NCBI GenBank assembly: GCA_038214755.1 | Contig: JBBQRQ010000009.1 | Location: forward strand, 14,871 to 78,870 | Length of the DNA: 64,000 nt | Reading direction: 5' to 3' | Source: Verrucomicrobiota bacterium | GTDB taxonomy: Bacteria; Verrucomicrobiota; Verrucomicrobiia; Limisphaerales; CANJXF01 | Made by a program: the position numbers and the translations under genes | Shown here: positions 63,856-64,000 of the stretch, in pieces | How positions within the stretch are numbered: the stretch's first letter is position 1 | How the letters are laid out: every line of letters begins with the position of its first letter | The notes under the pieces: generated by a model | Seen by the model: the letters and a program-made list of their open reading frames with translations, nothing else | What the model was told of the DNA's origin: nothing | The model's database searches: none

Positions 63856-64000
63856 TTTCATCACGGACGGAGCGCCCGGGTTTTAACCCGGGTTTTGGGC
63901 ATAGCCCCCGGGCACGCCCGGTGGAAAAACGGGGACCAATGGGGCGGGGAGGCCGGAATTTTGTTGGGTGGTGTGAAAACACCAGACGGAAAATTAAAAA

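Overview
Bacterial genomic window of moderate GC. Gene content points to Verrucomicrobia subdivision 3 (Pedosphaera/Limisphaerales-like): GloVer repeats, PEP-CTERM, an H-X9-DG prepilin-like protein and a double-type UvrA. The lineage call is inferred from gene content only. About 1-41 kb is an accessory region of large Sec-exported surface proteins (beta-helix, Kelch/PKD, GloVer repeats, Ig, choice-of-anchor L, C-type lectin) and periplasmic carbohydrate-modifying enzymes. It ends in a signal-peptide-bearing Rhs/YD protein with a LysM-tipped C-terminal cargo and a large lectin-bearing partner gene. A toxin-antitoxin cassette bounded by 18-bp direct repeats sits in the 5' end of the partner gene. 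About 42-64 kb is more housekeeping: ispA, a TA block, two uvrA halves split by BON/DUF3309 genes, an orphan DNA methyltransferase, rpsP-khpA-trmD-rplS, a mutarotase, xylA and an ABC permease. Several REP-like palindrome families and 7-mer tandem arrays occur across the window, and at least nine sit in frame inside the two uvrA genes. Two window-wide patterns stand out: a shared C-terminal '...W...D...FYR' domain on many exported proteins, and a strong Thr-Asn dipeptide bias in those proteins. No rRNA, tRNA, CRISPR array, integrase, transposase or reverse transcriptase was recognised. All domain calls come from reading motifs by eye, not from database searches.
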